This document shows, one piece after another, positions 1 to 12,775 of a DNA stretch of 64,000 nt. The number at the start of each line of letters is the position of its first letter. The stretch's first letter is position 1. A program made the translations under genes and the position numbers. Under the pieces are notes generated by a model. The model was given only the letters and a program-made list of their open reading frames with translations. It made no database searches and was not told the origin of the DNA. This DNA comes from the human T2T-CHM13v2.0 reference genome, Homo sapiens. The stretch is from the NCBI RefSeq assembly GCF_009914755.1, contig NC_060940.1. One strand, given 5' to 3'.

Positions 1-959
1 ACATAGGAATAGAAAGATGGAAAGCCTGTAAAAAACTAAATCAGGACTTTCCCATCACTACTAAAAATAAAAGATCACCTTAATTCCTGGGGTAAATTAG
101 TATTGCAATGAATGTTATTGTCAGAGAACATAACAAGGGGAGTCATCTCATGAACTTATGCCAATTTCAAGTGTTAAGCTTCTCAGGATCCACCAGACAT
201 CCAAAGGACGGCAATGTTTCTAACATCTCTATAGTTCATCACTCAATTTTCAGACCATTTATGACAGATCCCTGTAACATCTTCCCTTGGAATTACACAA
301 GGCATAGGAATTGCTCAGATTTCCTGATTTGTATTCTGAGCACTGCCCTATATGAGGTTAGAAAAAAACATTCACAAAGTGAACCTGTATCTTCTCCCTT
401 TACATGGAAATAAATGAAAATCTCTGTGCTAGAAAGATTTTTCTCTCTCCTCTTCCTGGGGAATTTGACTGTATCTGCAGCACTCATTTCATTACATACT
501 TTGCAAGTGTCTCATAGTGATAATCACTCAGGGCACCTCAGGTTAACACACTACTGGTTTTTCTCTTTTTCCAAGTCTTCCAGCTACCTGTGCTAGGAGG
601 ATTCTACCCTTGTCATGAACTCTTTGGCTGCAACCTAATTTTTCCATCTTATAATGGACGAAGAACTATCCTCTATGAATGCTCCTGCCTAAAATGTGTA
701 ATAAAAACACATGTCATATGTGTCAATTGCATACAAGAGAAGAATTTGCACTTGTTTTTAGTAGAAGTTTCAGTGGAAGGGAAAATGAAGCACAGAGCAA
801 AGAAGCCACCATATAAGCAGAATGGTAACCACCACAGATGTAAAATCTTAAGGTCATTTGTCAGATCTTGAAAACACAACAGTCTCTACCCACTCCCATT
901 TCTGGTGTCTGAAGTTCCACCACTAAAAATCCTATTTGTTTAATTTAGAAGAATAAAAA

Positions 960-1150
960 TGAATACTAATTGAATTTCTACTGCATGCCAGATGTTTTTC
1001 TAATCCTCAAAACAATTCAGCGATGAGTACTTTTCATTCTCATTTTGCATATGAGGAAGCTAAGGTTATCTGACTTGCTTAAGGTTGTGTAGCTGGTAAA
1101 CACCTGAATCAGGATTTGAACTGAGAAACTGAGTTCCAGACTTCAGTCCT
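960..1150 (-). mobile_element. MIR SINE fragment
   Basis: Degenerate MIR core in reverse orientation (cattttgcatatgaggaagctaagg...aggatttgaac). Confidence 0.7.
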
Positions 1151-1976
1151 TATGAACATGCATTTCTCAGTGCATGTGTACCACTGAGGTGTTGTCAGTG
1201 ACATTTACCCTAGTATAAATAAGTAAAAGTCCAATCTTTTTAAAGAAAAACAAAAATGAGTTCCAACATGTGGTACAGGAGAACTGAGGGTGGCAATAAG
1301 GACAACTCCCACACACAACTTCCCAGAGACACTGAATGAATAGCTTTATAGTGGGGCAGGACGAAAAATGCAGCCATTGAAAACTGGTCTTGATATCAAC
1401 CAAAAAATCTCTAACTAATAGAAACTGGTACCAGGAGTGGGGTTTAATTTTGACTCCAGTCTTTGTACCAGGGCTGCCACCTAATAGAACATGAAAGTCA
1501 TGCTTAACTATTTCCTCTCCTTCACTCCTCCTGTCCAATTAGCTCCCATGTTATCAATTCTACTTTTCACATATTTTTCAAATTGTCCTCCACTCTCAAT
1601 TATCCCCTTTACTTAATTCAGACTCGTTGACTCCTGTCTGGCACCTCTCTCATTTCCTCTGACCATCTTCCCTATGGGAGCTAGAATGAGCTTTACAAAG
1701 AGTTAATTCAATCCTTTCTATCCTTTATTTATATATCCTTTAACTGATTGACTACTATTTGTAGAATAAACCCCAAGTTTTTGGTCCTTACATAAAAAGT
1801 ACATTATAATTTCACTCCATCTGATTTTTAAACTCATTTCACACCGGCTTTATCCTCCCAATGTATGCTTGGAAGATTCCAAGGTACTTACCATTTCTCC
1901 AATACAGCACGTTGTTTCAGGATTATGTTATTCTAAACACACAGTTTCACTTATCTGAAATGTACTTCACCTCCAA

Positions 1977-4092
1977 TTTTAAGCCACTTTATTGAGGTAT
2001 TATTGATATACACAAAGGTATATGTATGTAATGAATACATATTGATGACTATAGAAGTAAGTATATACCCCTTAAACCATCACCACAATCTGTGCCAGAA
2101 ACATACACATCACTTCCAAAAGTTTCCTTCCACACATTTTGTCATTGTGTGTGTTTGTGTGCGTGTGTGTGTATGTGTGTGTGTGTGAGAGAGAGAGAAA
2201 CAGACAGACAGAGAGAACACTTAACATATGATCTACCTACTTAGCAAATTATGAAGTATACAACACAGTATTTACTACAAGCAATATGCTGTTTGGTAGA
2301 TCTCTAGAGCATATTCATCCTGCATAATTGAAACTTTACACCCTTTGACTAATATCTCCCCGTCTTCCCACCCCCACCCCAAACCAGCCCTTGGCAACCA
2401 CCATTCTACTCTCAGCTTCTACAAATTGCATTATTTTCAATTCCTCCTATAAGTGGGATCCTATGGCTTTTGTCCTTCTATCTGGCTTGCTTCACTTAGC
2501 ATAGTGCCCTTCAGTTTAGGTTCATTTATACTGGCACAAATAGCAGGATTTTCATCCTTTTTAAGACTGAATAATATTTTATTGTACATACAGACCACAT
2601 TTTATTCATCCATTCATCCATCCATGGACATTTAGGTTGCTTCTGTGTCTTGGCTATTGAGGTAATGCTGCAATTACCGTGGGAGGGCAGATATCTCTTC
2701 AAGATCCTTGTTTCAATTCCTCTGAATACATACTCAGGAGAGGGACTGCCAGATCATATATATGATAGTTCTACTTTTAATTTTTTGAGGAACCTCCATA
2801 CTGTTTTTCATGGTGGCTGCACCAATTCCCACCGACAGTGTATATGAATTTCCTTTTCCCCAAATCTTTGCCAACACCTATCTTCCGGGTTTTTTTGTAA
2901 TAGCCATTCTAACAGGGATGAGGCAATATCTCATTATGGTCTTGATTTGAATTTTCCTGATGATGAGAGATGTGGAACACTTTCATACGCCTGTTGGCCA
3001 CTTATATATCTTCTTTGGAAAAGTGTCTATTCAGTTCCTTTGCCCAAGGGTTATTTGGGGCTTTTGGTTTGATTGGTTGCTTGCTTGGTTTGGTTTGATT
3101 TGGTTTTTGCTATTGAGCTGTCGGCGTTCTTTATGTATTTTTAATACTAACCCTTTATCAGTTGTATGGTTTGCCGATATTGTCTCCCATTCCATTAGAT
3201 GCTTTTTCATTTTCTTGACTGTTTCCTTTGCTGTGCAGAAGCTTTTTAGTTTGCTGTAGTCCCTGTCTTCTATTTTGCCTTTGTTCTCTGTGCTTTTAGT
3301 GTCACATTCATAAAATTATAGCCAAGGCCAATATCAAGAAGCTTTTCCCTTATGCTTTTTTCTAGGAGTTTTATGATTGCAGGTCTTACAATTAAGCCTT
3401 TAGCCCATTTTAGTTGATTTTTTGGTGCAAGAAAATGGTCCAATTTCATCATTTTGCATGTAGATATCCAATTTTCTCCATACTTGATTGAAGAGACTAT
3501 CATTTGCCTATTATGTATTCTTAGCACCCTTGTTAAAACTTAGCTGACCACATGTAAGTGGGCTTATTTCTGGGCTGTCTATTCTACCCATTGGTTTATG
3601 CATCTGTTTTTATGCTACTACTGTAGCTTTGTAATATATTTTGAAATCAGAAAGGGTGAGGCCTCCAGCTTTGTTCTTCTTGTTCAAACTAGCTTTGGCT
3701 ATTAGCAGTCTTTGTGGTTCCATACAAATTTTAGAATTATTTTCTTCCATTTCTGTAAAAAAAAAAAAAAAAAAAAAGCCATTAGAATTTTGATGGGGAT
3801 TACATTGAATCTGTAGATCACCTTGGATAGTATTAACATTTTAACAATATTAATTTTCCTAATCCATAAACAATACATGTCTTCCTATTTATTTGTATCT
3901 GCTTTAATTACTTTCATTAGTGTTTTATAGTTTTCAGTATACAAGTCTTTCACCTCCTTGGTTTAATTTATTCCTAAATATTTTATTCTTCTTGATATTA
4001 TTGTTAATGGGAATTGTTTTCCTTTTTGGATACCTTGTTGTTAGTGTATAGAAATGCAAGCAATATTTGTATGTTAGTTTTGTATTCTGCAC
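1977..4092 (-). mobile_element. Old L1 (L1MA-type) 3' end plus ORF2 C-terminal remnant
   Basis: Antisense L1 3'UTR start (ctttattgaggtata) and ORF2 motifs; minus-strand ORF 3270-3527 (WISTCKMMKLD...IKLLEKSIREKLLDIGLG) is degenerate ORF2. Confidence 0.9.
2146..2216. repeat. Compound (TG)n(AG)n(CAGA)n microsatellite
   Basis: Directly visible, inside the L1. Confidence 0.95.
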
Positions 4093-4394
4093 TTTTTTTT
4101 TTTTTTTTGGAGATGGAGTCTCGCTCTACTGCCCAGGCTGGAGTGCAGTGGCACGATCTCAGCTCACTGCAACCTCTGCCTCCCAGGTTCAAGGAATTCT
4201 CCTGCCTTGGCCCTCCCGAGTAATTCGGATTACAGGCACCTGCCACCACGCCTGGCTAGTTTTTTTGTATTTTTGGTAGAGACAGGGCTTCATCATGTTA
4301 GTCAGGCTGGTCTCAAATTCCTGACCTCAGGTAATCTACCCGCCTCAGCCTCCCAGAGTGCTGGGATTACAGGCGTGAACCACAGCGCCTGGCC
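4093..4394 (-). mobile_element. AluS (Sx-like)
   Basis: Full dimer with poly-T at the left end. Confidence 0.95.
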
Positions 4395-5498
4395 TGCACC
4401 ATTCTCAAATTCATTTTCCTTCACCTCATTTCCACTTGAAGAACACCACTTCCTTCTTTAAGCCACAGCACAAATGTCTCCTCCAGCAAGGAGCCTGTCA
4501 TGACAAACTAACTGCTCCCTTCTCTATGATATCTTTATAACTTGTAAAAACTTATAAAGCAGCTAGCCTAGTGCTCATGATAAGCGCTCAATAAGTTGCT
4601 GTTATTGTTATTATCATTTTGTTGCAGTATGCTGAGACATTTGTTTACAAGTCCCCCTCCACTGCTAGATTGCAAGCAGTTTTTAAGCAGAGGACTGATT
4701 ATTATTTACTTTTGTAAGTACATCAACTTAGTAAAAAACCAGCATAAAGTAGGTACAGCAAGAACAGAAGGTTCAAAGGAGCTCTTTATTCAATTCTTCT
4801 TCCTCCTCCTCAAGAGGAGGAGCTACTATTCCTATAGCTGTCCAGGTTCCAGGGCAATGACTGGGTTATGGTTACTAGCAGACAGCATCATTCTCCACCA
4901 GAGAAGCCAAATCCTATAGGGCAGTGAGTCAGGTCATCCTGATCCCTTTGCTCTTTTCTTCAAGCACATCTTAAGACATCCTCATCACTTCCTCTAAGAG
5001 CAGATAGTAATATTTTAGGATTTAGAGGTTAATAGAGGCCCCAATAGATTTTTATATAAGCCCACATATTTATTTTAGCCTACTTTACCAGAAAATTCTA
5101 AAATCACAGCTCTCAGCAGAATATCAGCCAAGCAATAAAACAGTACCTCATTATCCTATTTGTCATAATTTTATGTGACAATTTCACTCCAGAAATCTTG
5201 TTAAAAGGGACTATTATGGTATGGGTAAGGGTTTCCCAGAATTGTCTGGTCATAATGCCCTTTTATTTCATGCATTCAAACACCACCGTGGTCCCATCAT
5301 TGGTTCTAAGACTAAACACCCAGTGAATGCTTGTTAATTTGTGTTTACTAGGAAGCAGGTCTTTAGTGGACCCTGGGCAATGGTAAAACACTCCCGTTGA
5401 GGATGACACATTTTGAAGACATTTCCTATGTGTCTTCAGCCTTCAACATAGTGAGAGAAAGAATACCCACCTCCAATTTCTGCCCAAGCAAACTTTAG

Positions 5499-5866
<368 letters not shown>

Positions 5867-7289
5867 AAGAGTTTTAATTCTTAAGAAAGATTAATAATAT
5901 ATCAGGAATATAAAGGCAGCAGGAGCATAAACTTAATGGCAAACATATAATCAATGTTTCATAATGTTTTTAAAATAGGAGGATATGTAAAGTCTGCTCT
6001 CTATAATTTCTTTCCCAGACCTCATAAATAAACAGTGACTCTCTTTCTCCATTTTCGACTGATTTATAGGCAGATTTTTAAGTAAAGTGCTTCTATTCAT
6101 TACTAATGCATTGCATAATGTGCTGTAATAAGTGAATATAGCTTGAGTATGGTTGTTTAACATATTAATAAAAAATCAGCATAATTTAAAGCAGCAACCT
6201 TTTCATTTTACACAAACAATCACTGGATAAGAAACAGGGAGACTTACAAGTGAGACACCAACGTGCAAAGTACAGGGACCCCAGAAATTCCCATCAGTCA
6301 CAGGGTACTAGCAGAAAATTATGACGCATCAGTTACTAGGGGCAAATTATCAAGACCATTGTTGCACAGCCTGGCACCAATCATGCCCCCAATTCCTCCT
6401 GGTAACAGCAGGAATCGGCTTTGTTTTCCTATTGCAAAATCAAGATTCATCAACATAGCCATGGTGCAAAACCTGCCTGGAGAAGACCAGAACAGGCTAT
6501 TATTTTAAGCCTAACACACTGACCTATTGTGCAGCCTTATGGGAAATTAGACAGGAGCTCTTTGCTGAGGACAGAATTAACCCTTGTCATTTAATATTTC
6601 ATGCCAACCAGTGGCTCCCTAACAAGAACAAATGGCTATAGATGAAATGAGGCTGATGTATTCTGTGTGGTATCTAATAAAGATGGCAGAGCAGCATGTA
6701 TCATGAGCCTATCTTACCTGCAGTCATCAGTACAGTATCATTGTATTCATCCTGCACTGGAAAAAATTAATGCCCACACTTTCTGGGCTTGGAAAAACAA
6801 CTATTAATTCAGTTTAAAATGAAACATAATTAAACAGAAAAAAAAATATTCCTTTCCCCCTGGAGGGTAGGACATAGGAAAAAAAGAGAACGTGAATTAC
6901 TTTAGGGATGTTTTGCTTTTTATTCAAGGCAGATGGCTACTTTCCTGGGTCTTCAATTTCTCTAGTTTTGTTTCTCTTTTGCTCTTATCCACTGAAAGAA
7001 CATCTGTTTTATGAGCAGGGCCTTGGCAGCCTTCCTCCTCATTTTTCAGATGATGAACGGCCTCTGAATTGTGGTTTATAAACCTCAGGGCTCCCATGGT
7101 GAGTCTGTCTGGCTGGGGAACTCAGCACTTTTGTTTTCATCCATAGGACTTCTTCAGGGCACGCAATCCTCTCAAATGAAGTGAGCTCCAATTGGGTGAG
7201 AAATGGGAGAGAAAGAATGAGGTTCACTGAAAGGTGTAAATTGTTATACAAATGGCTACTTGGCCACAAAACATTGGTTCTTCCCTTGC

Positions 7290-7932
7290 AGAGTATAGAA
7301 TTATTGCTGGGAAGTATTGCCTATCTCAGAACTACATATCCCAGCATCTCTTGCAATTAGGTGGGGTCATGTAACTCATTCTCACCAATTAAATATGATA
7401 AAAGTGATGTTCATTTTCTCCAGCACAATTAGATGAGAAGCAGGTGTGCCATCTCTGGCCCCTTTTTCCCCGTTGAACAGCAGGATAGAGAGTATTCTGA
7501 GACCCAAGAAGAAGACAGAGCTACAAGAAGAAAGGAGCTTGGGTCCCGGAGTGACTTCATGGAAGGCTGCCCACTTGCAAAGCTCTGCTGATGAGCAAGG
7601 AATAAATTTCTAGTGGGTGAAGCTTCTGAGATTTCAAGGAATATTCATTACAACAGACCAGCCTGACGAATATGGTGAAACCCCGTCTCTGCCAAAAATA
7701 CAAAAATTAGCCAGGTGTGGTGGTATGTGCCTGTAGTCCCAGCTACTGGGGATGCTGAGACAGGAGTTGCTTAAACCCGGGAGGCAGAGGTTGCAGTGAG
7801 CTGAGATGGTGCAGCTGCACTCCAGCCCAGGCGACAGAGCAAGACTCTGTCTCAAAAAAAGAATTATATATATATATACACTCATACATATATATATTCA
7901 TTACAGCAGCTAATACTACCTTTATTAGTATA
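7290..7932 (+). mobile_element. Ancient ERVL-group solo LTR (LTR16/MLT1J-like) interrupted by an Alu
   Basis: actacatatcccagcatctcttgcaattagg...aaggagcttgggtccc...aataaatttct; ends tataca. Confidence 0.65.
7655..7893 (+). mobile_element. 5'-truncated AluS with TA-rich degenerate tail
   Basis: Begins at agaccagcctg; TSD ATATTCATTACARCAG at 7641-7656 and 7894-7909. Confidence 0.9.
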
Positions 7933-8291
7933 CAAGTCAAAGCACTTTCATAGAAACCACAAAATTGGAAGGCAAGATAATAACCCCATTTGGCCATGAT
8001 GATTCTGAACAAACCTGTATGCTTTTCACACTTTCCAAATTACCATGATTTTTACATTTCTGTTCTCATGATGCTGCTTTAGCAGCTCTAATATATTCTG
8101 CATGTAGCTAACCATGTCTCTCCACCTCATCTTCTGTCATCTTCAGCAGTGCCTTCAAAATTCCAGCCAAACCCCAAGATCCTTCACGTACATTATTATT
8201 CTAATTATCCTCTAGATTTCAGTTCAATATTGCTTCTTCAGAGAAGCTAGTTTTGCCTGTTCTAGAACTTCAGAGAAGTAGAATCATTCAG

Positions 8292-8683
<392 letters not shown>

Positions 8684-8993
8684 TCATATTTGTTTTTTTA
8701 GTCACCTGTTGAAAGACATTTGGGCTGTTCTCAGTTTGGGGCTATTATGAATAAAGCTTCTATGTAGACTATGTCTTCATTTTTCTTGGGTAAAACGTAG
8801 AAGTAGAATTCCTGAATCATAGGCTAGGTGTATTTTAATGTTTTAAGAAACTGCCAAACCCTTATTTAAAAGTAGATGTACCTTATTACACTCATGCCAG
8901 CAATGTAAGACAATTCCAGTTGCCCCATATTTGCACCAATATTTGGGGCTGCTGATCGTTCTAGAGGGTATATTGGTATCTCACTGTTATTTT

Positions 8994-9235
8994 CTCTTTT
9001 TTCTTTTTTTTTAGATAATGTGGACTTTGTTTATTCTTGCAATCTTTTTTTATTATTATACTTTAAGTTCTGGGATACATGTGCAGAACGTGCAGGTTTG
9101 TTACATAGGTATACATGTGCCATGGTGGTTTGCTGCACCCATCAACCTGTCATCTAGGTTTTAAGCCCCGCATGCATTAGGTATTTGTCCTAATGCTCTC
9201 CCTCCCCTTGCTCCCCACCCCTCAACAGGCCCCAG
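8994..9235 (-). mobile_element. Short L1PA (PA8-like) 3' end with 32-nt 3' transduction
   Basis: L1PA terminus (ttatactttaagttctgggatacatgtgcagaacg...), a second poly-T tract, TSD TCTCACTGTT(A/G)TTTT at 8979-8993 and 9236-9250. Confidence 0.88.
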
Positions 9236-9964
9236 TCTCACTGTTGTTTTCATTTGCGTCTACCTGATGGCTAACGATGCTTAGAATTTTTTCCTATGCT
9301 TATTTTCCATTTGTGTTTCTTCCTTTGAGTAGCTTCTGTCCAAGTCTTGTTCTCCATTTTATTGAGCTTCTTTTAATAAGCAGGAAGGAAGACTGCTTTC
9401 ATCAAGCAACTCCACAAGTGGCTCTCCAGCGGCTTTCCATCAAACTGGGATCTCACCCAGAATCAAGCTTCCAAGCCCGATATTATATTGCTGGTCCCAC
9501 CAGGGAGTTCTTTTTTGATTGGACAGAAATAGAAACCTCCCTAGGTCCATCTGAATGTCAGAAACAGTGAAGTCACATGCAAGGGCATTCTGGATGGAGA
9601 AAGAGAATGTTCCTGCCCTTCTAGCAAGAGCTTCCCACTTAATGACATACACAACTAGAGGGAAGGCACTGTTACCCCTATGCAGGCAAAGGTGACTCTC
9701 AAGGTAGGCAGAGACAAACAGCATCTGTTGACAAAATTCCCTGGTGGTCCAGTGGTGCACACAAGGACAAGAAATCTCAACAAAATATCCAGTAAAAAAA
9801 ACACAATCCTCACATGGAAACTCTAGAACTAATAGCTCCTTAAGTTACTTAACCACCATGCTCAGCCCGTGCTGAAGTGACACCACCATTCATTTAGGAA
9901 AGGAATCCTTAGCTGTCAGATGCTTTTAATTCCAACATGAAACTCAAAAGTGCCACCTTTCCTA

Positions 9965-10215
9965 AAAGGAAGCAAATTGTGTGTGCTTAGCCATTTGAGG
10001 GCTCAATTATCATGTTTGCCCCTGCGATTAGGAAATGACTCCCACTAATTGGGTAATTGTGTACCTAAGTGCCCAATTTGTGTGGACAAATTGAAGGCAT
10101 GATATAAGCAAATCAACCTACATGTAAAATTTTTTGTCCCTGTGAACCTAACTATCACTGAATGTCAATCACAAAAACAGCCAATTGTATCCACGTCTGA
10201 GTGAAGGCTTTTAGT
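9965..10215. mobile_element. Probable MER121-type ancient conserved repeat
   Basis: Eight periodic AATT cores (e.g. ctaattgggtaattgtgtacctaagtgcccaatttgtgtggacaaattg), resembling the MER121 consensus as I recall it. Confidence 0.55.
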
Positions 10216-10469
10216 CAAAGTGATTTTTGATATCTGAGTCTCATTGATGATATGAAATAATAATATATAGATTATATAACACTTAGTATTAAATATGAAT
10301 CATGTCATCTTCCTGGCAAAGAAGTCGGCCGAGCTGTGGATTCTTACAAATGGTTAATGATGCCTTCCTCAAAAAAGATGTCAGCTCTTATTGCCAAATA
10401 AAGAGGTAACAGTCTCAAAGAAGAGGGTGCTTAATAAAGGGTGAAGGAAATCTAAAAGGTTTTAAGGTT

Positions 10470-10680
10470 CTGTTTATGGGTTTCAATAGCTGCCATATGC
10501 CAGATCCTGTGGTAAGCATCTGACATGCATTATCTCATTGAATCCTACAATTTACCTATGAAGTAGATATGTTATTAGCCTCATTTTACAGATGACAGAG
10601 ACATTACAGATTTACATTTTACAGATTTACAGAGACATTAAGAGAGCTATCAAGTAGTAGAGTCAGGATTTTAACCCACC
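10470..10680 (-). mobile_element. MIR with a small internal tandem duplication
   Basis: cattttacagat...acagagacatta occurs twice at 10582-10640. Confidence 0.75.
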
Positions 10681-11900
10681 TCCTTCTCTCCCACCTCTCA
10701 CCTCCAATCCATCTTCAAGTTCTGGGGATTCCATCTCCTTAATTTCTTTTAAATCAAGTTATTCTCTCCACCACCACTGTTGCTAGCCTTGGCTCTGGCC
10801 ATCGCCCTCAACAACAGTTTTCAAGCTGACTTTCCTTCTACTATCTGACATCCAGGGTACTCTTTCTATAATGCAAATCTGAATGCATCTCCTCTCCTGC
10901 TAAAATGCTATTTCCCTCATGATGAAGTTCCAATCCCTTTACATTACAATCATGATCTCTCCTACAAAACCTTAGAGAAGACACTAGAACTCTACTCAGG
11001 CTTACATCCCCCGCACATCCATGAAACTGCTCTTGCTAACATCTCCAGTGACTCCACAATGCCAGGGCAGTAATGAAATCTCAGTTCTCTTTGCAGTCAT
11101 GCTTTGAGAATCATTTGACAAAGTTGATCATCCCCTCTTTCTTGGGCTTTTTCTCCACTTTGATTCCTAGATCCTACACTGTCTGATTTCCCCCTTCTTC
11201 ACTCACTGTTCCTTCTCTCTATCCCAGGATCTGGTCATGGAACCTCTTCTCTATTTATACTTATTCTCTCAATGATCCCATCTAGATCCATGACTTTTAA
11301 TATCATCTATACAATAAAGACTTTAAAATGTGATTCTCCAGCCCTAACCTCAATTACAAACTTCAGACTCAAAGTTCCAATTACCTAGTTAAGTCTCTAC
11401 TTGAGCATCCAACAGGCATCTCAAACTTAAGACGGCCCAAAACTGTTGATTTCACCACCTGCTCCCAATCCTGTTTCTTCTGCAGTCAATCTCTAGACAA
11501 ATAACAACACCATCATTACAGTTGTTTGAGAGTTATCTTTTCCTCCTCTCTTTCTCTCAAGACCCATATACAAGACATCAGCTAGTCCTGTCTGTTCTAC
11601 CTGCAGAATGTATCTTCGATCAGAGCACTTCTTCCTACATCCAACGCAAGCACTACCAAGCCACCATTGCTTCTTACCCCACTACTGACATAGCTGACAT
11701 AAACTCCTCCACTTCCCTGCTTTCACCCACACTCCCTACTGCCCATGCTCAATACTACAGAGAGATCTTTTCAAAACATAAATCTGATCTTATCACTTCC
11801 CTTCTCCACACTCTCCTCTCCTAGCTCCAGTGCTTTCCCTTCACACTTAGAAAAAGAATCCTAAATCCTCTCCAACTCAGTTCTTTTCCTCCATTCTCCC
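10680..11900 (+). mobile_element. L2 fragments
   Basis: Pyrimidine-rich L2 motifs (gaaactgctcttgctaac; caacaggcatctcaaacttaa; aaatctgatcttatcacttccc). Confidence 0.75.
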
Positions 11901-12174
11901 CCCTTGCATATAGAACTGTAATTATCCTTTAGCCAGCATCCTAAGTATATTTTATATCCTTCTTGGTTACACTAATGTAATTCCATCCTACAATCCACCA
12001 GATTTCTCTTCTAATCTGTATTACCCATTAAACAATAATAACTACAGTTACTATTTGTTGAGTGCTGACTGTGTGCTATTTCTCTTGCTTGATCAGCTGC
12101 ATTCCAGAACTCAGAAAATCTCACCCATATCTGAAATTGCTCCATGTTCGTGCAGCATGATGCTCAAGTTTATT

Positions 12175-12481
12175 TCTTCTTCTTTTTTTTTAATTTTCTT
12201 TTTTTGAGGCAGGGTCTTGCTCTTTCATCCAGGCTGGGGTGCAGTGGTGTGATCATGGCTCACTGCAGCCTCCTGGGCTCAAGCAATCTTCCATCCTACC
12301 CTCCCTAGTAGCTGGGACCACTAGGGCACACCACCACATGTGGCTAATTTTTTGTATTTTTTGCAGAGATACGGCTTCACCATGTTGCCCAGGCTGGTCT
12401 CCAACTCCTGGGCTCAAGCGGTCTGCCCTCCTCAGCTTCCCAAATTGCTGAGATTACAGGCGTGAGCCACCTCACCAGGCC
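12175..12481 (-). mobile_element. AluJ
   Basis: J diagnostics (gatcatggctcactgcagcc; ctcctgggctcaagc). Confidence 0.92.
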
Positions 12482-12775
12482 ACAGGTTTATTTTTCTTCA
12501 GCCATATGTGGTGTCTGCAGTAGGTAGTGGTCTCATAGCGACAAAAAAAAGCAGATACAGCTGTATTAATTTGGCCTCACTTAGCGCCTACATCTCCTAG
12601 GCTCCTGAGGGCATGCTCGTTCCCATCATGTGACCTTTAGTAGAGATCAAAGCCCAGTTTCAAGTTGGTGTCAAACAGATGTTGTTTTACCAAAGCTCCA
12701 TGCTGCTTCACATCCTGATTTCAAGCAAGTCAGACAGACTGGAATGAGGCTCCCTTGTTGACCTGAGTTTCCCAG

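Noticed and set aside
6925-6992. Minus-strand exon-like stretch (xDKSKRETKLEKLKTQE)
   Set aside because: Acceptor plausible, but the donor (GTAGCC) is poor and the peptide reflects purine-rich composition.
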